A stretch of DNA of 64,000 bases from an uncultured virus (IMG/VR IMGVR_UViG_3300035183_001042) (lineage: Duplodnaviria; Heunggongvirae; Uroviricota; Caudoviricetes). The stretch lies in the IMG/VR virus record IMGVR_UViG_3300035183_001042; one strand, 5' to 3'. Positions within the stretch are counted from its first letter, which is position 1; the number at the start of each line of letters is the position of its first letter. Of the stretch, positions 28,545-38,684 are shown piece after piece. The translations under genes and the position numbers were made by a program. Under the pieces are notes generated by a model. The model was given only the letters and a program-made list of their open reading frames with translations. It made no database searches and was not told the DNA's origin.

Positions 28545-29516
28545 CTACGTACGGCGAGCCGCGAACGCTGCGATCGCGCCAACTGCGACGCCCACGGCAA
28601 GGCTTGCTGCCGCCCCTTGGCTTGTAGCGATACCAGATGCGCTCTCTCGGTGGATCGGAAACGTCCGTGCTGCGGCATCGATAGCGGAAGCTTTGATCCA
28701 CTCGATCTGCTCGTTGTCCAGGGCAAGTAAGTTGAGCTCGGTGTAGAACGAGCCGCCAAGATTCCGAGGCCAAATAATGGCATCTCCATCGTCTGCGGAA
28801 GTGATAGAAACGTATCCTTCATTCAAGAGTTCTTCCTCGAAGGTCTTCCTCTGCAAGACGCCATCATCGATGGCCTTGTTTATCACCAGCGCCGATAGCG
28901 CATAAGCCGTACATTCCATTACGGCCTTGAGCGCCAAGATTTTTTGTGGGTCTCTCTCGAAGTAACGTGTGATCGAATCAATCTTGTCCCACTCATCTCC
29001 AACAACACCTGTATATACACACCGCTCTGCGATCGAGATCACCTTGTACGAGTCGGAGAACAAGCGGTTCATCTCGTAAGACGGATTGAACCGCCTTACG
29101 TCATTCATGTGGATCTCGATATATTCCTCAAGCCTCACTCTCTTTCTCCAGGCGGCCTCTAGATAGGCCCTCGCGTAGGACATCGCGACCCATGCAGACA
29201 AACGCAGGTCAAACACGGCGGAAGCGTAGAGGTCGTGCTCGAATTGTGTTATTGACACAATGGGGATATCTACCTCGCCTAGACTCTCACGGATGGCCAT
29301 CCTGATTCGGTTCTCGGCCTGATCGAACCAGCACTGTGCTGCCATGGACACCGCTTGAGCCGTGTTCCTCGGGAGCCTCCAGACGCGTCTGTCTTCAACG
29401 ATCTCTCGGCAAAGAGCAGATGCGAGAAGCACTCGAGAGAGCGTCGCCCGCTGCTTGCCCACGATGCGATACCAAACGAAAGGGTCGATGCCGATCTTCT
29501 TTGCTAGCTGGCTCAT
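28545..29516 (-). CDS. divergent Imm5-like helical protein with C-terminal TM anchor
   Basis: DLRLSAWVAMSYARA...VISIAERCV; tail ASGIATSQGAAASLAVGVAVGAIAAFAARRT. Confidence 0.55.
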   Translation of the reverse strand: MSQLAKKIGIDPFVWYRIVGKQRATLSRVLLASALCREIVEDRRVWRLPRNTAQAVSMAAQCWFDQAENRIRMAIRESLGEVDIPIVSITQFEHDLYASAVFDLRLSAWVAMSYARAYLEAAWRKRVRLEEYIEIHMNDVRRFNPSYEMNRLFSDSYKVISIAERCVYTGVVGDEWDKIDSITRYFERDPQKILALKAVMECTAYALSALVINKAIDDGVLQRKTFEEELLNEGYVSITSADDGDAIIWPRNLGGSFYTELNLLALDNEQIEWIKASAIDAAARTFPIHRESASGIATSQGAAASLAVGVAVGAIAAFAARRT

Positions 29517-29668
29517 GGTGAGCCGATATTATCACCAATTGCTTCTTGCGGTATCTTGCCGACCCACCATATCAGGCTGGATGCATTGACTCGCGGCGCG
29601 CGAGCATGATCCAGAGACGTCGCAGCTAGCTGAGGCCGCGTCCATTGATCACCGTGCGGCTGATGATG

Positions 29669-30319
29669 TCAATAGTCTGAGTGAAACAACATGTATTGTC
29701 CGGTGCGTCCTTCGATCAAGTCGTCGGAGATAACGCCGCACAGGCGGCGGAGTTCGGCCCTGTACGCGATGGACCAAGTTTTGGCGCTGACGGCGGCTGC
29801 GGCGTGGGCGGCTGCGGAGGCGGCGTCGTATGCGGCGGCGGCGACGGAGTCAGCGACGGAGTCCGCGGCGGCGGAGGCGGCGCTGACGGCGGACTCCGCG
29901 GACTTGGTGGCGTAGACGGCGGCGTAGTCGTAGGCAGCACTCTCTGCGTCACGCGCTTCGGCAGCTGCGTATTTGCAACTTTGTCCAGAGGCTCTGCCGA
30001 GCACCCAGAACTCTGCTGTTTCAATTGCTGCATACGGTCTTCGCTCGCTCGCAGACACGTACTTCACAGCCTCTCGAGCACAGACGCACGCGAGTAGCAC
30101 GCCTAGCTTGGGCGACCACTTTGCGACAGCTATGATCACTACGCGCGCGTCGGTCTGCTCGCGCGCCCAGTCACTCCAAGCGACTGCGACCGCGCGGCGG
30201 TGCGCCGGAAACCACTCCGAGATCTTGTCGATTGGATCACGCACTCCCTCATTGATGGCTTCCCACTCGCGCTGATACTCCGGTGGCAGCTTGGCAATCG
30301 CTTTGTCGATGATGTTCAT
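29669..30319 (-). CDS. Imm5-like Ala-rich paralog 5
   Basis: WSPKLGVLLACVCAREAVKYV..RPYAAIETAEFWVLG. Confidence 0.8.
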   Translation of the reverse strand: MNIIDKAIAKLPPEYQREWEAINEGVRDPIDKISEWFPAHRRAVAVAWSDWAREQTDARVVIIAVAKWSPKLGVLLACVCAREAVKYVSASERRPYAAIETAEFWVLGRASGQSCKYAAAEARDAESAAYDYAAVYATKSAESAVSAASAAADSVADSVAAAAYDAASAAAHAAAAVSAKTWSIAYRAELRRLCGVISDDLIEGRTGQYMLFHSDY

Positions 30320-30716
30320 GTTCTGATTTTACAACAGCAAAGCGCACAGCGCTTGGATCTTGGCACGCTTGCTACGCTCTACGCGGACACTCGTAGCTTC
30401 TTTGACACGATGAAACACGAGAGGAGTGAACCCTTCAGTGCCTCTTCCGTCCTGGCTCGACTAATTCTCCTCATCATCGTCATCCATCGTCCTCGTGGCG
30501 AAATGATGAACCGCCTAAAGCTCTACCATCTTATCCACCAACGAAGAAAGCCGAATACGCGATCCAAGCTGCCAAGTAGACGCTCTCGATGACGCTCATG
30601 AATGGGCGGTGCTCCTTGGACGCTTCTGCGACATCGACTGCCACAAACTCATGGTCATCAGAGTTGGACTCAGTCACGAACCGAAGAGAGTCAAGCCAGA
30701 GATCCATCAGGATCAT

Positions 30717-31076
30717 CTAGGCGCAGTGAATATCCTTCCTCGGCATATCCAAAATCGACACCAGTGTCCGCGTCTTTCCTCGCACCAAAAATACGGCGCC
30801 AGGAACATCGTCGTGGACAAACGCATCAGCACCACCCGCTTCCCCGTAGTAGCGCGCGCTCTTGCCGATCTGGTAGAGGAAACTGTGCGGTTTATCGCAG
30901 TCAGGAAGAAAACGCTCCACGAGCCGCTCAGCCGCGTGCGTGCTGACCACAGACCACGCTGGACCCACATGTGTCTTTCCGGGACGCGCGTGGACCACTG
31001 GCATCCGCTCCCCTCTAGAAACCTTGCTGCCTCCAAACCTTCGATGGGTGTTGCCTTTCGAGCGATATTCTCTCAC
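30717..31076 (-). CDS. hypothetical protein (THAAERLVER motif)
   Basis: ORF after GGAGG. Confidence 0.45.
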   Translation of the reverse strand: MREYRSKGNTHRRFGGSKVSRGERMPVVHARPGKTHVGPAWSVVSTHAAERLVERFLPDCDKPHSFLYQIGKSARYYGEAGGADAFVHDDVPGAVFLVRGKTRTLVSILDMPRKDIHCA

Positions 31077-31361
31077 CGTCTCCTCCAGTTGTTATGATGA
31101 CTTCGCATCATCCGTGATGGCACAGGTGGAGTCGAGCCATCGTATGGCTGGTTTAAAGTCCGCTGCTATGCCGTTTAGCTACTGCGCCACATCAACGTGT
31201 GGCACGACACGGTTCATCTATCAACAACAACGCATATAACAGATAAACTCTGTGGGTGTGATTTTGTTCGTGCGTCATTTCAAAAGTCATCAATAGTTTA
31301 GTTGGTCGTAACTTGTCCCCGATAAACCACTGGACTTTTTCTCTGTCCGCACTGCCCGCAA

Positions 31362-32339
31362 TCACACCCAACTCGGCATCGTCGAGAGCAGATTTTCGTC
31401 AGTCATCGTGCTAGCTGTCAAGATGCCGTTAGCGAGCCATTGTAGACTATAGAGCCCGACTTTGTTCAACATCGTTTCACGATTGATCTCTTCGACGTCA
31501 CCCATGTAAAACTGCGAGTAGTACAAAGACCAGTCTGAGATCATCGCTATCATGCAGTGAAATGCGATCGCGCCCGACGGCTCGGCAATGTCCCAGTAGA
31601 ATTTTCCATTCCTTGCTGCCCATCGTGTTCTTCTATCGATCATCCGCGATGCGTTCATCCGCCACAACACACTCCTCTCTTCATCTCGCGCACTAACACT
31701 CATCCAGAGCAGGTCTGCAGCGATAAACAAAGGCAAAATGCGCGGACCTCTGGTGGAAGGGTGCCAAGGATACGGATCCATGTAGTCGCTTTGGTCTGGA
31801 ACGAAGTCAGGATTCTGGAGAGCGCGAATCGCATCCTCCGCCATCTTCACGACCTCGTCATCCTGATAGCTAGAATAATAGTAACTGTTGAATCCTTCTC
31901 GCTTCATGAAGCTATCTCTTATCCTCTCTGTCAGCGAGATGAGCTCTGTTGACATAGCAGAAACAAACCACATCGGGCAGCACTTCCAAAGCACAGAAAA
32001 GATGTTGTCGTGGCCGAACCATTCTAGCCATCGATCCGGTCCAGCCAGCACAATGTAAGCCATCATTCTCTTGAACCGCATCTCCGAGGTCTGATAGCTG
32101 GATAGTACGTCTGAGTGTACCAAGATCGCCTGCATGCACGTCAGGTACGGAAGACCGCCAAATGCATCTCGATCTTTGGCTTTCATAGACAAAAGATCTA
32201 TGGCCTCTGCCCGATCCAAAGCCGCAAGACCAACAATGAGTCTCGGAGTTAAGTCTCTCCTCACTTTCTTAATGGCCAAGTCCCAAACATTCTGATCGAT
32301 CATGGGAGGAGGTGTGCTGACTCGATTATTCATGGCCAA
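31362..32339 (-). CDS. hypothetical helical protein
   Basis: 325-aa ORF. Confidence 0.65.
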   Translation of the reverse strand: MAMNNRVSTPPPMIDQNVWDLAIKKVRRDLTPRLIVGLAALDRAEAIDLLSMKAKDRDAFGGLPYLTCMQAILVHSDVLSSYQTSEMRFKRMMAYIVLAGPDRWLEWFGHDNIFSVLWKCCPMWFVSAMSTELISLTERIRDSFMKREGFNSYYYSSYQDDEVVKMAEDAIRALQNPDFVPDQSDYMDPYPWHPSTRGPRILPLFIAADLLWMSVSARDEERSVLWRMNASRMIDRRTRWAARNGKFYWDIAEPSGAIAFHCMIAMISDWSLYYSQFYMGDVEEINRETMLNKVGLYSLQWLANGILTASTMTDENLLSTMPSWV

Positions 32340-32651
32340 GACTTACAGTAATAGCAATGCTTTTGCAAGCGTGTGCTCCATGTCGAACAGCCGAAGGCAG
32401 TACGATGGTTCAACTTTCGGGATGTACCTGCGAGCGATCCTGGAATATGACAACTACAACCTGAAAACTCGCCTGGATGCTCGGCATCTCTCCGACGTTT
32501 TGTACGAAGTCTAGAACGGAAGAGGCCTGACGCTCATCTTCCCAACGGACGACATCAGCCACGTCGCGAGAAGGCTGTTGACCGAGGTGTTCCAGAGCGT
32601 CTTCGATGTATCTCTCCCAGGTGTGAAAGCCGAAGCGCTCTTGGCTGCGCT

Positions 32652-33806
32652 TCAGGCTCGGCGAGAGGCCTGACTCTTGGCGACATGCTGTGCGATCATC
32701 GTCACGCCGACAATCGCAGCTCCGACGCCAGCAACGAGTATCCCCGTGCGGACGCCCTTCGATAGTTCGCCCGAAGCATGTACGCCGACTCGAGCAAGGA
32801 TCTTGCGCACGTCGTTGGCGACTTGGAACGCGCCGATCCGATCGAAGTCAGCAGGAAGATTCGACGCTTGCTTCTTCGCGAGCTCGATCTGACCCCTGGC
32901 GAGCCTCAAGGGGAGCTCGAACGAGGCGAATTGACGAACACTGTCCGCCGCCCAGCGATCTCTTGCCGATCCACCAGAGAAGTTGAGCGCGTACGAACGA
33001 AGACTCTCCGCTAGCTGCTCAAGACCGCGACGATCTTCTTCGTCTCCTCCTCTCTCCGGCCTCGCGGCGCCGCTGGCGCTTGAGTCGAGCAAGCGGTAGA
33101 TCGCTCGCGCCTCGAACGCCTGCGTGTACTCGTCTCGGTCTCTTCCGCGAAGGTGGAGCTTGTCCGCTCCTTCTGTCGAGAGCCTTGAGATATGGCTCAT
33201 CACCGCCCGTCGAACAGCCCGATCAGAGATCGACGCCGACTTCCCGTAGGAAGCGATCTGCTTCCGAAGCAAAGGAACCGCTCGCTGTCCGTCCGACTTG
33301 CCAAGCGCCACCACGGCATCGATCGCATGCGTGAGCCCAGACGGTCGCCTCTCCGACTCCTCCACCTCTTCGCCATCTTCGCGATCGGACTCACGCTCCA
33401 TGTCAGAAGAAGTAGATCCAGGCAGGGCACCAGAGTCGGTCGGGTTGAGATGCACGATCTTCGTGTAGAAGGCCGCCGACGGATCGGACTCGCCGTTGTC
33501 CATGAAGACCTTGTAGAGAGCCTTCTTGGCGGCGTTTGGCGTTCGGAAGAACCCGTCGACGTAGGGCTTTCCGATCTTGCGCATCTTGTCGTAGTCCTTC
33601 GCGCCCTGCGCCGCGAGGATCAGGCTCTCGCCATTGTGCGTCCGCACGGGGATGTACTGCTTCGCCGCGCGCTCGCCGGCACGATGGTACAGCTTGCCGC
33701 TCGAAGGCAAGATCTCCGGATCGGCATTCACGTCCGGACCGAGTTCCTTCAGCTTCTTCGTCATCTTAGGATCTCCTTCGATTCTGACCTCGAAAGTTCG
33801 AGCCAT
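32652..33806 (-). CDS. hypothetical protein with C-terminal TM anchor
   Basis: Tail HASGELSKGVRTGILVAGVGAAIVGVTMIAQ...RRA. Confidence 0.7.
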   Translation of the reverse strand: MARTFEVRIEGDPKMTKKLKELGPDVNADPEILPSSGKLYHRAGERAAKQYIPVRTHNGESLILAAQGAKDYDKMRKIGKPYVDGFFRTPNAAKKALYKVFMDNGESDPSAAFYTKIVHLNPTDSGALPGSTSSDMERESDREDGEEVEESERRPSGLTHAIDAVVALGKSDGQRAVPLLRKQIASYGKSASISDRAVRRAVMSHISRLSTEGADKLHLRGRDRDEYTQAFEARAIYRLLDSSASGAARPERGGDEEDRRGLEQLAESLRSYALNFSGGSARDRWAADSVRQFASFELPLRLARGQIELAKKQASNLPADFDRIGAFQVANDVRKILARVGVHASGELSKGVRTGILVAGVGAAIVGVTMIAQHVAKSQASRRA

Positions 33807-34830
33807 TCGGCTTCTTCGTTTTCGTGTTCTTCTGCATCTTTGGGGTCTTCGTGCCCTTCGATCGCGGCTTCCTCTGTGTCATCGACGGACCAGAGGGAAC
33901 AGACCGTCTTGCGGAAGAAGGCCGATCGCTGCCTAGGATCTTGCGCAACGACGGAATGAGTAACGGATTAATCCGCTTCTCAAGATACAGAAGGAACTCT
34001 ACCATGTTTTTCGCAGGAACGTGCCCGCCTGAATCCACGCGAACCTGGCGAAGCTTGCCGCGATACATATCAGCGATCGCCTGCAGCATACTCAAGTGAA
34101 GCGGCGCCCATGTCGCCGGGGTGTCGTTCTCCGTCGATACGAGCTTCACCCTGTACTTCCCTCTCACCACTTGGACACGGAGGACCGCCGACGATGCTTC
34201 ACCTAGCCTTCGTCGGACGATCTTCTTGTCCACGTCTTCCGTGAAGTACATGCAGTATCTGCGGTCCTTCGACACACGAGGGTCAACCAAAGAAAGAAGC
34301 CTACAGAACTCCGCATCGTGGGAATCTTCATTCGAGCGAAATCGCTGTCCTTGGGCAAAGCGACGGTGGTGCGTAAGCTCGTGGAGCAGAACGCGCTTGA
34401 TCGTCAGTAGATCATAGTCGTAAAAAAGCCTCGGATTCAGCTAGATCCTTCGAACTGTGGCTTCAGGACGAGCGTAGAACGAAGCCCCCATCGTCCTTGT
34501 CTGTCTGCCGTTGATCGAAATCTGAAGCCCCAGCGGAGCCCATCTCATCTTCTCGAATACTTCCTCCACTGCGTCATTGACCGTTGAGATGATCTGCTTC
34601 AGCGAGTGTGGAGAGTGCTTTAGGATGACATCGAATCGATCCAGCACGAAGGTTGTACCTGCCTTCCTTCGAACAGGAATGCTGCGATACTTCAGGACCA
34701 GTGGGCTGCCTGACAGACGAAGCACGCCCGATGCCTCGTGAGTCTCTCCAGAGCAGGTAGCGCAAAATTGCGGATCTAAGTCGTCATCGATCATACAGGC
34801 ACTATAGCCGCCACAGAGAACGACAGCCAT
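33766..34830 (-). pseudogene. SprT-like Zn metalloprotease interrupted by one in-frame TAG
   Basis: Reading through TAG 34441-34443 gives RRI*LNPRLF...VLLHELTHH...SHDAEF and joins ORFs 34441-34830 and 33766-34290 in frame. Confidence 0.75.
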
Positions 34831-34969
34831 AGATGCCTGCGATCGCTAAGGTATCGCACAGACTGACCAGGTCGTCCAGCGTCGAGGAGTGCGACATCGA
34901 CCAACGACAAGAAACTTTGCCACGAGATGATGGTACCACCGCAAGAAACGTGCGGAACATAAATCAACG

Positions 34970-35419
34970 ATGCATCATGCGGCTATGATTCAATCGTTGA
35001 TCACCAGCCTCTTGCTGCTATACCCGTCTGGACCTCATCAAGAGTGCATTCGGTCCAGGTCGCACCAGATCGCTCATCAAGTGGAAATAGCTATCAGAGC
35101 GCATCGGTCAGTGAAGGCTGAAAGCCTCATCGCCATCGGCTTCATGGAGACGCACCTCGGATGCGCGAGAGGGATCGGGTGGGGAGCCTCACTGCTGAGT
35201 ACAGACAGAGGAAACCCGGCGATGACTGCAGCGAGAATCCTAGAGACAGGCCTGCGCGTGTGCCGATCTGAAGAAGGATCATTCCGCTTCTACCGCACTG
35301 GTAGGTGCTCAGAAAGCTTCATTGGATCGCCATACGCGAGGCGTGCCATATCGCTGTCAAGGAGGATCGCGATAGCCGCTATGACGCGCGACCAGAGAAG
35401 GCAACAGCGCCGCCAATAG
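34970..35419 (+). CDS. putative lysozyme-like/SLT transglycosylase with N-terminal hydrophobic segment
   Basis: LIAIGFMETHLG...AARILETGLRVC...FYRTGRC...YARR. Confidence 0.5.
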   Translation: MHHAAMIQSLITSLLLLYPSGPHQECIRSRSHQIAHQVEIAIRAHRSVKAESLIAIGFMETHLGCARGIGWGASLLSTDRGNPAMTAARILETGLRVCRSEEGSFRFYRTGRCSESFIGSPYARRAISLSRRIAIAAMTRDQRRQQRRQ

Positions 35420-35438
35420 CGGCTCAGATCGCAGCAGC

Positions 35439-36437
35439 TCACCAAGGAGCAATTCCACTGGGAATGCCTCCTGCTGATAACGTTGTTGGAACGTCAGGAT
35501 AGGCTTCGATCGATCCAACGCCAGCATCCCAGATCGATCTGGAGAGTCTCATGCCCCACTCCCAGTAAGCTTCCTCCGACTGCCTTGAGTCCCTGTCTTT
35601 GATCGCGATCATCGAGTCATCTGCGAGGCTAATGAAGGCATTACTCAGCCAGCCCATCCTACCGAACTCGCATCTGCGGTTTGGATAACTGTAGCTTGAC
35701 TTCATTTGCTGAAAGCAATGAATAAATGCATCGATGTCACCTCGGTGGAATTGAACTGCAGAGAAGTAGCTAGAATTTAGCACTGCTCCTCTGACTACGT
35801 TGACGAACGATCTTCTGACTCGCCCAAGAAAAAACATGTCGATTTCTTCGTCTAGGACTCCATATTGAATCGAAGCAGTCATCAAGTCCACTTCATTGCC
35901 AAGCAGATCGAATGGAACTTCTTCTCCGAAGAATAAGCCCATGCATCGGTCAACGATAGATACAGCGTTCTCGGCCTGAGATCTCATGCCTGATGCAATG
36001 CTAAGAGATAGTATAGATCCCTGCTCTCTGTGCGTCTCCACGATTCTGTCCACGAACAGATCACGAAACACGACCAGTGATTGCTTCACCATCTGAAGCA
36101 AAACCCAAAGCGCAAGACGAGGTTCAAACGAGTAGATCGCCATGATCTTATGAACTTTGTCTACGCCGATCGTGTTCAGTTCTTTCGCCATCTGCCGAAG
36201 CAGGCCAAACCGAGCCGATCGGTACGTCTGGCCAACGATGTAGGCGACTTCCTCAGCGATCGGATCGAGGAACGGCTGCTTCAGCGACTTTCTGAGCCCA
36301 GAGAAGAGAGGTTCACGCAGCGCCTTCTCGCGCATCTTCTTGTTCTCCGAGAGCAGCTTCGGAAGGAACAAGTCTTCGATGTCGCTGTAGTTGGACGCCA
36401 GAAACTTCCCGATGACGTGCAGTCGATACTCAATCAT
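35439..36437 (-). CDS. divergent Imm5-like helical protein with interrupted TM tail
   Basis: EPRLALWVLLQMV...AVSIVDRC; continues PW*AAAI*AAIGGAVAF. Confidence 0.55.
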   Translation of the reverse strand: MIEYRLHVIGKFLASNYSDIEDLFLPKLLSENKKMREKALREPLFSGLRKSLKQPFLDPIAEEVAYIVGQTYRSARFGLLRQMAKELNTIGVDKVHKIMAIYSFEPRLALWVLLQMVKQSLVVFRDLFVDRIVETHREQGSILSLSIASGMRSQAENAVSIVDRCMGLFFGEEVPFDLLGNEVDLMTASIQYGVLDEEIDMFFLGRVRRSFVNVVRGAVLNSSYFSAVQFHRGDIDAFIHCFQQMKSSYSYPNRRCEFGRMGWLSNAFISLADDSMIAIKDRDSRQSEEAYWEWGMRLSRSIWDAGVGSIEAYPDVPTTLSAGGIPSGIAPW

Positions 36438-36444
36438 CTTCGTC

Positions 36445-37014
36445 TCACCTCCAAACGGCGCCGATTACCGAACCAACAATGAGTCCGCCAGCAAAGATGC
36501 CGACGGTCTCGACGATCTGCGATTGATTGTCTCGAACCACATCAATGACCGACGAAGAAGGCTCGAACGAATCGTCGAACCTCGATCGCCCACGCTTCTT
36601 CTTCACCTTCGGCTTCCGCCCGATCTCCTTGTCGTAGATCTTCGTGGCCCACTCTCGTCCAGCATCACCACCCCATAGGAGCCAAGCAATCCATCCGTTC
36701 GAAGGAGGATCCCTCTGCCACAGTTTGTCGACGGCGTGCCGTTGAAAGTAGCTGTGGATGTACACGATGTCCCTGAGCGACACCCTCGGAGATCCCTTCG
36801 ATAGTTGGCGAGCTAGAGCCAGCCCGACCTCTGTCCCTCCGCGACCGTACTCCTTGCGGAGTTTCATTCCAAGACGAGCGTTCTTCGCGACCGAAGACGG
36901 TACGTCGAATGTTTTGGATTCGTAGTCCCCGTGAGATCCGAGAGGCATGGCTCCGGCGCTGGGATCAGTGATCATGGCGCCTATTGTAGCAAACCATACA
37001 ACGACCGTCCCCAA
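36445..37014 (-). CDS. conserved phage domain (GGT.VG...WLLWGGDAG) with C-terminal TM
   Basis: GGTEVGLALARQL...SYFQRH...PSNGWIAWLLWGGDAGREWA, a domain I recall from phage head-associated proteins; hydrophobic tail. Confidence 0.65.
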   Translation of the reverse strand: MGTVVVWFATIGAMITDPSAGAMPLGSHGDYESKTFDVPSSVAKNARLGMKLRKEYGRGGTEVGLALARQLSKGSPRVSLRDIVYIHSYFQRHAVDKLWQRDPPSNGWIAWLLWGGDAGREWATKIYDKEIGRKPKVKKKRGRSRFDDSFEPSSSVIDVVRDNQSQIVETVGIFAGGLIVGSVIGAVWR

Positions 37015-37702
37015 CTCGCGCCTGGAGACTACACCTCGTCCTTCGCCGCCGAGAACGATCCAGACTCGGCGAGGACCAGCGATCCAACCCCGACGAGCGT
37101 TGGGCAGCGCTCAAACACCGCGCCTCGCTCTGGCTTGCCATGCCGAGTGGTCCGAGCCTATCTCCAAACAAGCCAGCTAGGTTAGCGGGTCAACCGAGGT
37201 TCATGGGAGAGGCGCGACGTCACCCCGGCGGGTGATTGGACACCAATCGTAGGCGTGCAGGTCGATGGGATCGTGAGACTGGCGGCTGTCGTGCTGATAG
37301 ACGACCAAGATTCCCGAGTCGCGCGCGCTTTCAAAAGCTTCGACGACAGTCGGGTATGAACCCAGAATTCTTGCTGACATGGCCCCTGTACGCGATCGTT
37401 GGGCCGGGCCATCGCGTCCCAGCCTTTCGGAGGTGGCTTCGGACGCAGGAGCCAGAGGGCACAGACGCGCCCATCTGGGAACCGCTTGGACGTGTGTGTC
37501 TTGGCGTGCTCGAGAAACTGCTCCGGCGTCGGCGGAGTAGTCATCCAACGGATTTCGGTGATGGTCATGGTTATCTCTCGCTAGAAACGTCGCACGCTTT
37601 GCGTCGTTCATTTACGTGGTCAATCGCCTCGTAATTTAATAGACTGCATCACGGGGAGAGGGCCAACACGATGAAGCCATCGTTGCCATTCTTCTACTTG
37701 CC

Positions 37703-38059
37703 TCATCCTGTTCCTATGCGACTCTGGCACGGAATATCTGCAGACGCAGAGGACTCTTCTGTCCTGGACTCGTCCTGCTGATCGGCTTCGTGGGTCTCGG
37801 TCTTCTTCGGGAAATCAACGAAGACCTTCTTCTTCCGAAGAGAGATCTGCACGAGCTGTTGCTGGACGCTCTGACCCGTCTCGCACCCCTTGCAACCTAT
37901 CAGGTTGGCTTGCCGCAAGTGCTCCCCGCGCCTCTTTCGAAGAGTCGTCATGTGCTCCTCGGCCTTCTCGAAGCGAGCTCTGCATGCAGCCGCAGAGATG
38001 TTCGCTCGGTAATTTTCGCAGTCAACCCGGCTCTTGTGGCTGTAGATCTTCGGCTTCAC
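37703..38059 (-). CDS. hypothetical Cys-containing protein
   Basis: C...C...CKGC; its 3' end lies in an inverted repeat. Confidence 0.5.
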   Translation of the reverse strand: MKPKIYSHKSRVDCENYRANISAAACRARFEKAEEHMTTLRKRRGEHLRQANLIGCKGCETGQSVQQQLVQISLRKKKVFVDFPKKTETHEADQQDESRTEESSASADIPCQSRIGTG

Positions 38060-38182
38060 TGCGATGATTGTGGTGGAGCTTTTCTTTGGATGCCAATCCG
38101 ATGCAAGAGCTCACGGGGTCGTCCTTCGAACAAGGTCGAGACCAACAGGCAAGCCTACTCAATCTCGTGTATTCTCGCACAC

Positions 38183-38589
38183 ATGGCGGCATCCTCGTCG
38201 ACAAGATACTTCTCGTACCTGGGAAGGGTTCTCTATCTCGATGAAGCTCTCAAGTGGGCGAAGCATAACTGCATGGAGGTCGACGAGGCGTGCTGAAGAT
38301 AGATCTGTGTGGGTGCTTCCACTGCTGCTATCCGTTTTCTTCGGTTGATGTCGTATAGAATCTCCCGGAGGAACCGACGACAGCGATCTGCCCTCGCTGC
38401 TTCGTTGATGCGGTGATCGTCGCCGAGACACACGAAGAAGATCAGCAGATCAAGGACAGGCAAGAAGAGACATCTGCGTCTGCAGATATTCCATGCCAGC
38501 CAGAGTCGCACATGAACAGGACAATGGAAGCAGAAGAATGTTACGATGCGGCGACAGCCAACGGAGCCGCATTACTCAATGCCAGGTAA
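38183..38589 (+). pseudogene. disrupted Zn-ribbon protein
   Basis: Frameshift near 38300 and TAG at 38356-38358; CGCFHC...TAICPRCFVDAVI. Confidence 0.6.
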
Positions 38590-38684
38590 GTCTTTCTTCC
38601 GACATATAGCTAGGTGATCACTTCGATGCGGTCTACTCTGGAGAGTTGATTTCACCGACCATCGTGGGGTACGATCGTGCAGTT

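Noticed and set aside
1979..30319. Diversity-generating retroelement acting on the Imm5-like genes
   Set aside because: No reverse transcriptase in the window, and the differences are indels and mixed substitutions rather than adenine-specific.
31080..31360. Lower-GC intergenic stretch as origin or ncRNA
   Set aside because: No iterons or convincing structure; it may be low-quality sequence.
22355..35441. Genome-wide stop-codon recoding (TAG=Gln or TGA=Gly/Trp)
   Set aside because: The TAG ending 22355 aligns with TAA stops in paralogs 20204 and 20871. Many genes use ATGA start/stop overlaps, and ssb ends DIPF-TGA.
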